Of a stretch of 51,674 bases of DNA, positions 1 through 18,050 are shown one piece after another. Within the stretch, counting starts at the first letter, position 1. Every line of letters starts with the position of its first letter. The stretch is taken from NCBI GenBank assembly GCA_002269645.1, contig NIVC01000817.1:1-51674 (forward strand). The letters are read 5' to 3'. The notes under the pieces are model-generated. The model saw only the letters and a list, made by a program, of their open reading frames with translations, had not been told where the DNA came from and made no database searches. The stretch is from Macrostomum lignano (lineage: Eukaryota). Position numbers and translations under genes: made by a program.

Positions 1-110
1 AGCAATGCAGGGCTAAGTGTCTTGTTAAGGGGGCACAAATGGTTCCAGTGGATCGGGAATCGCAACCCGACCTTAAAGTCGGGAAACGACACCTAACCAC
101 TACGCTACAA
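1..110 (+). mobile_element. Probable SINE/L2-type 3' tail fragment, truncated by the window edge
   Basis: GGGCTAAGTGTCTTGTTAAGGGGGCAC...GGGAATCGCAACCCGACC...CCTAACCACTACGCTAC resembles, from memory, the widespread metazoan SINE/L2 tail pattern (GGTTAAGTGCCTTGCYCAAGGGCAC...GGATTCGAACC...CTAACCACTA). No database search was run. Confidence 0.45.
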
Positions 111-300
111 CCCCTATTTAGGAAAGATCAAAGAAGGATTTGGTGGCATCAGAAGGATCAAAGAAGTCGCGCTGACACAATGATGAATCGAAGAATTATT
201 TGCAATGCATCGAAAAGCAATTAATACCTCTGAGTTTTACCTCTGATTTTGAAGATTATGTACTTTCCATTCAGCAAGCGACATTTCACAGTTCCAATAG

Positions 301-4951
<4,651 letters not shown>

Positions 4952-5039
4952 TTCGCTGTTGCGGCAATCCAAGCTCCGCTGCTCTGACAGTTCCTAAAAT
5001 TGTGAAATTGCCTCTGCAACTGAGGTTTCACGCTGGAAG

Positions 5040-7260
5040 AATCACTCTTGGAAAAGTCTGAAAGTGTCTCTTCACTCTTGGAAGATTCTGGAAGGTAAGT
5101 TTCACTGATGGAGGAGTCTTCTTGCAATTTTTTCACTCTCAGAAGAGTCTGGAAGCAAAGTTTCACTCTCGGAAGACTCTGGAAGTAAAGTTTCACTCTC
5201 GGAAGAGTCTGCAAGTAAATTTTCACTCTCGGAAGAGTCTGGAAGCAAAGTTTCACTCTCGGAAGAGTCTGGAAGCGAAGTTTCACTCTCGGAAGAGTCT
5301 GGAAGCAAAGTTTCACTCTCGGAAGAGTCTGGAAGCGAAGTTTCACTCTCGGAAGAGTCTGGAAGCAAAGTTTCACTCTCGGAAGAGTCTGGAAGCGAAG
5401 TTTCACTCTCGGAAGAGTCTGGAAGCAAAGTTTCACTCTCGGAAGAGTCTGGAAGCGAAGTTTCACTCTCGGAAGAGTCTGAAAGCAAAGTTTCACTCTC
5501 GAAAGAGTCTGGAAGTAAATTTTCACTCTCGGAAGAGTCTGGAAGCAAAGCTTCACTCTCGGAAGAGTCTGGAAGTAAATTTTCACTCTCGGAAGAGTCT
5601 GGAAGCGAGTTTCACTCTCGAAGGAGTCTGGAAGTAAATTTTCACTCTCGGAAGAGTCTGGAAGCAAAGTTTCACTCTCGGAAGAGTCTGGAAGTAAATT
5701 TTCACTCTCGGAAGAGTCTGGAAGCAAAGTTTCACTCTCGGAAGAGTCTGGAAGCAAAGTTTCACTCTCGGAAGAGTCTGGAAGCAAAGTTTTACTCTCG
5801 GAAGAGTCTGGAAGCAAAGTTTCACTCTCGAAAGATTCTGGAAGCGAAGTTTCACTCTCGGAAGATTCTGGAAGCAAAGTTTCACTCTCGGAAGAGTCTG
5901 GAAGCGAAGTTTTACTCTCGGAAGAGTCTGGAAGTAAATTTTCACTCTCGGAAGAGTCTGGAAGCAAAGTTTCACTCTCTGAAGAGTCTGGAAGCAAAGT
6001 TTCACTCTCGGAAGAGTCTGGAAGTAAAGTTTCACTCTCGGAAGAGTCTGGAAGCAAAGTTTTACTCTCGGAAGAGTCTGGAAGTAAAGTTTCACTCTCG
6101 GAAGAGTCTGGAAGCAAAGTTTCACTCTCGGAAGAGTCTGGAAGTAAATTTTCACTCTCGGAAGCGTCTGGAAGCGAAGTTTCACTCTCGGAAGAGTCTG
6201 GAAGTAAAGTTTCACTCTCGGAAGAGTCTGGAAGTAAAGTTTCACTCTCGGAAGAGTCTGGAAGCAAAGTTTCACTCTCGGAAGAGTCTGGAAGTAAAGT
6301 TTCACTCTCGGAAGAGTCTGGAAGCAAAGTTTCACTCTCGGAAGAGTCTGGAAGCAAATTTTCACTCTCGGAAGAGTCTGGAAGCGACTTTCACTCTCGG
6401 AAGAGTCTGGAAGCGAGTTTCACTCTCGGAAGTGTCTGGAAGCAAAGTTTCACTCTCGGAAGAGTCTGGAAGCAAAGCTTCACTCTCGGAAGAGTCTGGA
6501 AGCAAAGTTTTACTCTCGGAAGAGTCTGGAAGCAAAGTTTCACTCTCGGAAGAGTCTGGAAGCGAGTTTCACTCTCGGAAGAGTCTGGAAGCGAGTTTCA
6601 CTCTCGGAAGTGTCTGGAAGCGAAGTTTCACTCTCGGAAGAGTCTGGAAGTAAATTTTCATTCTCGGAAGAGTCTGAAAGCAAAGTTTCACTCTCGGAAG
6701 AGTCTGAAAGCAAAGTTTCACTCTCGGAAGAGTCTGGAAGTAAATTTTCACTCTCGGAAGAGTCTGGAAGCAAAGTTTTACTCTCGGAAGAGTCTGGAAG
6801 CAAAGTTTCACTCTCGGAAGAGTCTGGAAGCGAGTTTCACTCTCGGAAGAGTCTGGAAGCGAGTTTCACTCTCGGAAGTGTCTGGAAGCGAAGTTTCACT
6901 CTCGGAAGAGTCTGGAAGTAAATTTTCACTCTCGGAAGAGTCTGAAAGCAAAGCTTCACTCTCGGAAGAGTCTGGAAGTAAAGTTTCACTCTCGGAAGAG
7001 TCTGGAAGCAAAGTTTCACTCTCGGAAGAGTCTGGAAGTAAATTTTCACTCTCGGAAGAGTCTGGAAGCAAAGTTTCACTCTCGGAAGAGTCTGGAAGTA
7101 AATTTTCACTCTCGAAGAGTCTGGAAGCGAGTTTCACTCTCGGAAGAGTCTGGAAGCAAAGTTTCACTCTCGGAAGAGTCTGGAAGTAAATTTTCACTCT
7201 CGGAAGAGTCTGGAAGCGAGTTTCACTCTCGGAAGAGTCTGGAAGCGAGTTTCACTCTCG
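5040..7260. repeat. 30-bp minisatellite, ~72 units, immediately upstream of the lectin gene
   Basis: Unit TTTCACTCTCGGAAGAGTCTGGAAGCAAAG, with 28-bp variants and degenerate edge units. Confidence 0.97.
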
Positions 7261-7674
7261 AAAACGGTAGCGTTAACGGCACACTATTTGACAATTCAGG
7301 CCGAAGAAAAATCTTGAAACTCACCGGATTTTTTGTAGAATTATCGAAAATTTGCTTGAATTGGAAGCTGACGGCTAAAACATGCACAAGAAGTTACCAG
7401 TGTTTTTCGAATTTAAGAAGACTGTATCAAATTGATCTAAAAATCATTTCTCTACAATTTTTCTCGGTCGAAATCAAAAATTTAGAAATATTTCTTTTTT
7501 ATTTTTCCTAGAAATGTCAGGCAAATTTTTGTAGCAGAAAACCGCAGGACTCAAGGGCAAGCTCGTCGTTGCTTTCAGTTGCAATCTGCGAACATGCAAA
7601 TTTATCTGGCTGTTCAAATTTTATTTTTAGTTTTCTTCGTTGTTTTCTCGATTATAGATAACTATAAAATATTA

Positions 7675-9264
<1,590 letters not shown>

Positions 9265-9714
9265 TAAGCTAAACAAAACCGAAGCGGGCCCAGTTTCGGA
9301 TTCTCAGAGCCCAGTGCAGAGAGGAGTCTGGGCTCCATTATCCCCAACTCTCCGCCAGGCAGTTCCGGGTTCTAACCTGCCGAGGCCTCGAGAAATTTGA
9401 GTTGTACTTTAAGTGACAGCTCCCTGCCGGCCTGCTTGGTCAACACCTTGCTGCCAATAGTTTTGTGTATTTCATGTTTTTAAGCGCAAGTAAAATGGTT
9501 GCAGTTGTAGGCGGATACCTTTGCATGAAATTTGAAATTATAAACACACCAAGAATTATCGAAGCAAAAATCGCGAAAATGCGAATAATTCTTTGTTGTC
9601 TACTGACAGTAACTAAACAGTACGCAGAAACATTTTTGAGTCAATAAATTATAAGTCCATATGAAAAATGTCTGATCGCTTTCATGCAAAAAGTACAGCT
9701 AATTTAGCTGAAAG

Positions 9715-10052
9715 GATAGCTGGATTAGCTGGTTTGGTGCGGCTGGATTAGCTGATTGGGTGTGGCTGAATTAGCTGATTGAGTGTGGATGGATCAGCTG
9801 ATTGAGTGTGGCAGAATTAGCAGATTGGGTGTGGCTGGATTAGCTGATTGAGTGAGGCTGAATTAGCTGATTGAGTGAGGCTGGATCAGCTGATTGAGTG
9901 TGGATGGATCAGCTGATTGAGTGTGGCAGAATTAGCAGATTGGGTGTGGCTGGATTAGCTGATTGAGTGAGGAGGAATCAGCTGATTGGGTGTGGCTGGA
10001 TTAGCTGATTGAGTGAGGAGGAATCAGCTGATTGGGTGTGGCTGAATTAGCA
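9715..10052. repeat. 23-bp minisatellite, ~15 units, abutting the NHL gene stop codon
   Basis: Unit GCTGATTGGGTGTGGCTGAATTA. Confidence 0.93.
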
Positions 10053-10969
10053 CAGCATATAGATCAAAATCTGATTGTTTCGCCCATCAGAAACGAGCAG
10101 GTGCTCCGCGCCCCAGTGTATGAACAGATCCATTGCACTGGGATAGCACAGAACGGTGACATCCGGAGTTTCCGATTTGCCGAACACACCAGGAATGCCC
10201 ACCGTCCACAGCAGGGAGCCATCTTCTAGCGATACGGCGCGCACTGTGTGACCCGAGAACTCCGTGACAAAGAGGCGACCCCTGCTGTCAACCAAGATAT
10301 CGTGCGGCCAATCAAACATTTCCAGGCCTGAGCGTTCGGTAGGGTGCACGGCAACCAGGGCCCGGGTTTGCAGGCACACCTCCACCACGCGGCCCTGCTC
10401 TCTTTCAGCCACAAACAGGCGGTTATTCCAGACGGTGAGGCAGCCGAAGTCGGAATCTGGCAGCTGCGGACCCAAATCGAAGACCGTCTGCAGCTGGCCG
10501 GTGGACCGGCTGAATGCTCCGATTCTGCTGCCCCGGCCACGACCAGTAGGTCACCGTCGCCGCGGAAGAATCCCCTGATGCAGCCAAAACTGTCTAGTCG
10601 GATTCGATCGATCAGGCGGCCGCTCAAGTCCACAATTGTCAATTCAGACGGTTGAGCAACGAAAACCTCCTGACGTTCGCAGTGAAGTCGCCATATAGCC
10701 AGGTTCCAGTCAATGTCGCTGCTATGGCAATGCATCTTCCTGCTATCGTCCACGGATAGCACCAGAAGTTCGTCCCTCATCTGGACTTTGGTAATGATGC
10801 AAGGACTGGGCAGCGACGCGTGGCTGCTATGCGAAGAGTCGGCGGGCACCACACAGGCCGAGGTGTCAACGAAGAACCCGACGGTGTCGTAGCAGACAGT
10901 TATGCACTCCACGTTGTTGTCTTCTGTGGTTAATTCTCCAATCCTTACTATATTAACCGAATCGCCCAT
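10047..10969 (-). CDS. NHL-repeat/beta-propeller protein, intronless, with an apparent 1-nt frameshift at ~10531-10534 (assembly error or pseudogene)
   Basis: Frame A runs from ATG 10969 (MGDSVNIV...GDGDLLVVAG). Frame B continues GSRIGAFSRSTGQLQTVFDLG...LFVAEREQGRVVEV...FDWPHDILVDSRGRLFVTEFSGHTV...YPSAMD...LLVSDGRNNQILIY to TAA 10049-10047, with typical NHL motifs. Adding one G to the G4 run joins the two frames. Confidence 0.7.
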
Positions 10970-13884
10970 TCTCTGAAAAAATAGCAGTTTTCGACAGTTG
11001 CTTTCAATACAATTTTGCAAATGCGATGGAGCGACACAATTGTTCTAAATATCAAAACTACTGAAATACATCTCTTTCCCAACACAGTTTTATACCAGTA
11101 TTTACGCATTTCTACAGATTGTGGTTGATTGCGTTTATAACTACATTAAATACACGAACCTTTAACATATTCCCTACTATAACGTGCAACAAATGATTGA
11201 CGCGCCGATTTACACACGCATATTTAATATTAGCTATGGACAAAAAATTGTTACAACCGAAACTGCATAATTTCAAATATTTAATGGTGAAATGGACAGT
11301 GCTACTATTGAAAATTTACAAAAATATGCGTGTAGGAAGCAGAAACTTTTTTACGGCGCTAAAATTGTTCGTTAGAGTTATTTTAGCTTATTGATATACC
11401 AAATTAACTTGTCTGTGTTATTTATCTGCGTTTATAACAGCTCTTACACGTTTGATGTTCCAAACAGTCTTCCGAAATTTATTTACGCGTAAATGTGTTT
11501 GCAAAGTAATCAAGCAAAGGCCCATTAAGTTTTGGTCCGATGAGCCGCTGTGGGGCAGGACGGACCTTCGTTCGATTCAAAGAGCTTTAAAAAAGCGCAA
11601 AAAGTACCGTACCTGTTAAGCGTACAAAAGTAAATGACTTATTGTGTGAATTTTTGAATTGAGGCAATATTTTTATTCCTTCAAAGTGTCTTTTTGCTCT
11701 AAATTCAACACACTATCACATTTACTACAGTACTTTTTGTTACTTTCATACCAAACAAAATTTATATATTATAATCCTTTGGACGAAAAGAAAAGAAAAT
11801 CGCTAATAAAACATTAAAAATCTCTAACAAGTAGAGAAAAAAGTTTTTTAAATTAGAGTGAAAAGCTATTTGTTTTAAATAATCTTACTTTGTTTTCTGG
11901 GAAGCAATCAACATTCAATTCTGGTCAAGTTACAATCGCCACGAGAGTGTGACGAATTTAGAATTTAGATCATTTAATAATGACGATGTCGATGCCTATA
12001 TGGTGCGCAACTTGTAAGCTGATCGTTTATTCAATAAATTAACAATGACAATAATCTACTCTTAACATAAAAGATAGCACGAGCGTAGCTTAGTAGTTAT
12101 AGCAATGAGACGGTGTGAAAGAGGGAGATCAGCGAGAACGCGTGCGAGAGAGTAAATAGAATTGAATACTTTTTATCCATATACTAAAAATGGTCTTCTA
12201 CTGCTAAGTATTTCTGTGAATTATACGGTTAACAAAAATACGTCAACGCTAAATAAGAAAGTAAAATTTAAGTATATAGTAGAAAGAGATATGAATGTTA
12301 TGCACTTATGCTGTACGATACAAAATAAGAAAGAAAAGTAAAATAAAGTGACATCGTCACACCAGTCACATCAGGCATCAGAGATCGCACGGATAATTAC
12401 TCGAATGCGTGTTAAAATCTTAGAATGAAGTATTCAAAGTAATGTGTATAGCTGGGTCCTCTTGAGGCAAGAACTACTCATGCAGAACGGGAAACCTCGT
12501 TTCTTGGAAATTTTAGGAGGCAGGTTTTTATCGAAAAAATACACTACGGAGATAGGAAGTTCTCATTTTTTCCAGCACGTACATTGTTATTGCTTTTGAT
12601 AGGAGGCAGACCCAATGTTCATATTTTGATTTGAATTGCCTTTCTTATAGATGTATTGAAATTCATAAAGCTTTTTGTTTAGAAATTTAGGATTCTCTGA
12701 CTATGTTATTTTTTTATTCTTTATACATTCCCTGTAAAATAAACTTCTATTGTAGGGCATATTATACATCGTTTCAATACTCATAGGAAAGTATATTTTG
12801 TATACTTTTAGACGTATATTTTGGATTTACTTACTTATATCATTTAGTGCCTCTTTGATCCAATTTGCATAACACACATTTGTACATTTTTTTCATTTTT
12901 GGGACACATTGTACAAAGCTCATTGGAACCCCTACCTGTAATAGGCCTAGGCCTACAAAAAAGTTAAAAATGAAAATGCTTGGCACCACTTGGCTTGTTG
13001 GTTTTATGAATCTATTTTGTCATCTCTGTTATACATATTTTTACACAAATAGCTAAGAATGGTAAAGTAGATAAAAAAGCCAATAAGAATAAGCTGAGCC
13101 ATGCAATTTTAATGATTTTTAGACATTTAAAGACATACAATTGTATACATGCCTAGAATAAAAAATAGGCCTAACAGAATCCTAATTTTCTGAACAAAAA
13201 GCTTTACGAATATTAGTAAAGCTATAAAAAGGCAATAATAGGCCCTAGGCCTATCAACAGATAAACATTGGGTTTGCCTCCTATCAAAAAAAGCAATGCC
13301 AATGACAATTTTTGTTCTAAAAATATCAATGAAAACTTCTTATTCCTATGGTTATAATGCTATAATCAGGATCTGATTAATATTACATATGTTCTAATTC
13401 TCCAAAAATATTTTCAATTGTGCACCAGCCACCAGGTAGGCCTATACTAGGCAAAATGCAATAGGCCCTAGTGTATTGTATTTTCCAATAGCAAGTCCCA
13501 CACTCCAGATTATTGTAATAGAGGTGTTTCCTGCACACTGAGGATCCCACTAAATGCCACCAAAGTTGTAACAGTGGTTTTTCCTCTGTCTTTATGAATA
13601 ATCCCACCGGCTGATATCAAAGTTGTAATAGGCCTTTTAGCTCTCTCTAGAAATTATCCCACCATTATGTCACCAAGTTGTGCTATTGCTAAATTTCCGT
13701 TTCTCTACTTAATGTACTTTTGCATGAATATACTACTATTACTGGTAGCGTCTACTTTTCTACTTATATTGTTAGCGTCTACTTCTGTACTTTTAGCCTG
13801 AGTGGTCTATTGGCACTGTCTAATTCTTAGTCTCTCAGTCCTGGCGTTCCCGGGATCAGAGGGTCACAGCTTTATATCTTCCCT

Positions 13885-14088
13885 GCCCTGAGGCAATCTT
13901 CTCTCGCTATGAGGCAGTTCTCCTGCCCTGAGGCAAATTTACAATTACTGCCCTGAGGCAATCTTCTCTTGCTATGAAGTGTTTTCTCCTGCCCTGAGGC
14001 AAATTTACAATTACTGCCCTGAGGCAATCTTCTCTTGCTATGAAGTGTTTTCTCTGCCCTGAGGCAAATTTACAATTACTGCCCTGAG
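13885..14088. repeat. ~66-bp dimeric tandem repeat, 3 units, built on TGCCCTGAGGCAA
   Basis: Six perfect and one partial GCCCTGAGGC cores with alternating spacers. Confidence 0.9.
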
Positions 14089-15859
14089 TTGATTCTTGCT
14101 CCTTAGCGGTTCTCTAATTCTCCCAATAGGGGGCTTAATACTCTAGAAAATGAACAAGTCAATTTGAACAATTGCCTCTGTTAAAGATTTAGTAAGGACT
14201 TTATTACTTTGCTCGCAATTGGAAGCTCGCGGCAAACCGAGTTGCTTCTCTTGGCCCGCTCAGAGCTTCTATTTATACCAGAATTTCCAACACATTTTAA
14301 ACAAAAGCTCATATTTTTGAAAATAACAACATTTAAACAAAAGTAAGAATAATTTCTTTTTCGCATAAATTCAACTGCGTGCATTTCTAAGAAAACATAG
14401 CAAAAACATTGAGTATTATTCATGCAAATAAGCTATTAATTCAGGCACTATCTCATTATATAATAGGCCCCCAGGGCCTATACACCCAAAAATTTTGGCA
14501 TACATTGGCCTTGCATGCCAAAAGTTAGGTGTATACAGTTGGCATGCATGACTCCTAAGAATATAGTATAAATTTCAAGCTTTTGGGTTTTTAAGCTTAT
14601 AAAAAAACTTTAAAATAAATGTTTAAACATATGAATTTTCTGCTTTAAATAGTATAAGCAAGAAAGATTAATAATAAATTGAATTATCTACCAAAAAGGG
14701 TCTTATGCAATGCAAAAAGGCCATACATTGTTGCAATAGTAGCCTAGATTTGAGAGTATGGGTATGCACTTTAATTTTGTTGACATGCAGTTGTAACTAT
14801 TCAATTTTTGTTCAGGAATGCACCTAGCATGATCTAGACTATAGGGCAAGTCTCAAAGCTTTTGATCCTTAGTTTACTCTAGTATCAACGCAAAAATTTA
14901 TATTGAAAAAAATTTCAATGTTGTTTTGATTAAGCTGTTAGGCCTATCCTTTATGAATTTTACAATGTATTTACAAAAGATTTGCTTAACTACATACTCA
15001 CAACTTTACACTATATAAACTTTTATTTTTTAAAATATTAAAACTTAATAATTTAAATGCATGATTTTTGTGCTTTTATAAACAATAGTAATATGAATTC
15101 AGGAATTCAATTAATAAAAATTCATGCCTTTATGCACCATGAGACTTCACAAAAAATGTGCACCAAGTGCTCTAGCTGTCAGTAGTGGATTTATAGAGGG
15201 TGCACATTTTGATTATTTGTTTTTTTATATAGAAAATACTCATTATTAGGTATATAATGTACATGATATGTATAAACATGCACTTTAGTAGTTTGCACCC
15301 CCATTCAAAAATTTCTAGATCCACAATTGCCAGTTGTCACAAATGTATACTAGAAATTTCTAGCACAAATGACATGATCCTAAGTGTGGTTATAGTACAT
15401 TTTTGGAAAAACAAGCCTCCTAACATTTTCTAAGAAACAAGGTTTCCCATCCTACTAGAGTAGTCCTTGGCCTGAGATTGTCTAGTATAAGTGTGCATTG
15501 CTACCAACACTTATGTCTTAAACCCTGCCTTGCTGCTTAATTTTGTTTTTGGAATTTATAGTAATTACTTAAAACTATTTAATAATGGATTCATTTTACA
15601 TAAATCTGTAATCATAAAATTATACCTCATTTATTGTCATTAAAGTGTCTATCATTGATATGTCTTGTTGTTAAAGTGACTGATAGCCACCCTCATGGTA
15701 TATGATATTAGTGTTAACTCTCAAATGATATTTTGAAGTCTAATTGACCCTAGAATATTTTTTATGTATTTCTTATGGAGAATTTTCTATTATTGTGATC
15801 CAACCTTTTGAAGGTGAACCCCTTTGCATTAAACTTTATGTCATAAAACTATTTTACAG

Positions 15860-17666
15860 ATGAATAACGTGCTACCTGCCAAGATTAATTTGGGCCATGG
15901 CACTCAGGTTACCCTCAATGACAGGTGAGTTAATTAAAAGGTTTTAAAGCATGCTATGATTTAAAATATTGTCATGTCCACGCGAGCAAGTATTTGACTG
16001 GATCCAACTTTCATCTCTGTAAGGTTCACTCAGCTGCAAAAGTTACAGCAGCAGCAGCAGCAACTGCAGCCGCAGCAACTGCAGCCGCAGCAAAGACAGG
16101 CCACCGCTCTGCCCGGCGCCCCCAGAACCAGCGGCGGCAGCTTTGGCATCCAGCGCAGCCCTCTGAAAGGCGTCGCTGACGGCCGAATTCAGCGCAGAGT
16201 CGGGCAGCAGCAGCCCGCTGCCGCCGCTGCCCAAATCGCCATTGGAGCTCAGCAGCCGGGCGGCGCTGCTGGAGTCCGCGGCCGGGGAAGGTGCGCACCG
16301 CACTTTACCACTGTTTGATGCAGTAATTTTGATGCACTCTCTGACCTCTGATTTCATTGGTTTTGCACCCTCTCTGACCCTCTGATTTCATTGGTTTTGC
16401 ACCCTCTCTGACCCTCTGATTTCATTGGTTTTGCGCCCTCTCTGACTCTGACCCTCTGATTTCATTGGTTTTGCACCCTCCCTGACCCTCTGATTTCATT
16501 GGTTTTGCACCCTCCCTGACCCTCTGATTTCATTGGTTTTTCACCCTCCCTGACCCTCTGATTTCATTGGTTTTGCACCCTCCCTGACCCTCTGATTTCA
16601 TTGGTTTTGCACCCTCCCTGACCCTCTGATTTCATTGGTTTTTCACCCTCCCTGACCCTCTGATTTCATTGGTTTTGCACCCTCTCTGACCCTCTGATTT
16701 CATTGGTTTTGCACCCTCTCTGACCCTCTGATTTCATTGGTTTTGCACCCTCCCTGACCCTCTGATTGTATTGGTTTTGCGCCCGCTCTGACCCTCTGAT
16801 TTCATTGGTTTTTTCACCCTCCCTGACCCTCTGATTTCATTGGTTTTTCACCCTCCCTGACCCTCTGATTTCTTTGGTTTTGCACCCGCTCTGACCCTCT
16901 GATTTCATTGGTTTTTCACCCTCCCTGACCCTCTGATTTCATTGGTTTTGCACCCTCCCTGACCCTCTGATTTCATTGGTTTTGCACCCGCTCTGACCCT
17001 CTGATTTCATTGGTTTTTCACCCTCCCTGACCCTCTGATTTCATTGGTTTTTCACCCTCCCTGACCCTCTGATTTCATTGGTTTTTCACCCTCCCTGACC
17101 CTCTGATTTCATTGGTTTTGCACCCTCCCTGACCCTCTGATTTCATTGGTTTTGCACCCTCCCTGACCCTCTGATTTCATTGGTTTTTCACCCTCCCTGA
17201 CCCTCTGATTTCATTGGTTTTGCACCCTCCCTGACCCTCTGATTTCATTGGTTTTGCACCCTCCCTGACCCTCTGATTTCATTGGTTTTGCACCCTCCCT
17301 GACCCTCTGATTTCATTGGTTTTGCACCCTCCCTGACCCTCTGATTTCATTGGTTTTGCACCCTCCCTGACCCAATATACAGTCGATGATTAAGAGGCAT
17401 CAAATGAAGAGGATATAAAATGAAGATCATCATGCTTCATTCTCTCTTTCAGAGGCCCCGTCACCAACCGGCTTGGCATCAGGCCCGGCAACTCCAGACC
17501 TCAGCAGCAGCAGCAGCCACAAAGACCTGCTGCCGGGGCTGTCGGTATCGGCAGAGGTCGCGGCGGCCGCGGCGGCGGCTCCTTTAGCGGCGGTGGCGGC
17601 GGCGGCCCAAGTAAAGACGATCTGGACAAGGAACTCGACGCGTACATGATTAACACTGGGCGTTAA
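15860..17666 (+). CDS. CHTOP: Chromatin target of PRMT1 (CHTOP/FOP)-like protein, ~181 aa
   Basis: Exons 15860-15924, 16024-16290, 17453-17666 (phase 2, 2; TAA). The N-terminal KINL..GTQVTLNDRFTQL matches the CHTOP SLNERFT motif, followed by a Q-rich then RGG-rich region and the C-terminal FOP motif SKDDLDKELDAYM. The gene is absent from the supplied ORF track. Confidence 0.8.
16336..17373. repeat. 34-bp minisatellite, ~30 units, in CHTOP intron 2
   Basis: Unit TGACCCTCTGATTTCATTGGTTTTGCACCCTCCC. Confidence 0.97.
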
Positions 17667-17892
17667 TGTGACAGTAGACAGTAAATTTTCACCCGGTAAC
17701 CGACTTATTGGCTATGTAATATGTTTGCAACCCTCATATCGCATAGGACTTTAAACTGACACTCAGAGTCATTGTAGGGAATTAAAAAAATTGAAAATGT
17801 ATCCATTGTATTTGCTTTAATTTCAATGAGTTGATTTTGTATAATTTAAAATTGAACGTTTTCTAATAATTTTATTTAGGGTATATTATCCA

Positions 17893-17898
17893 AATAAA
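17893..17898 (+). terminator. Candidate polyadenylation signal of CHTOP
   Basis: AATAAA ~230 nt after the stop codon, followed by GT/T-rich sequence. Confidence 0.5.
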
Positions 17899-18050
17899 CA
17901 ATATATGAGCATTTTATCTACTTAAATGCGTGTTCAGTAGTATGTACAGTGTATTGTTTGTTAAGTAAACTTGTTAATGTTTCAGTGTTATCGAGGGCTT
18001 AACAGTACAGGGAATCGTTATTTTGTCGTTCATTCATTTCTTATTCTCAG

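Noticed and set aside
9290-9460. tRNA/SINE B-box-like GGGTTCTAACC (also GGGTTCGAT at ~47228)
   Set aside because: No A-box at a proper distance and no cloverleaf stems are visible.
11000-15850. Short ORFs in the AT-rich interval as possible transposase remnants
   Set aside because: No catalytic motifs, terminal inverted repeats or target-site duplications could be identified by eye.
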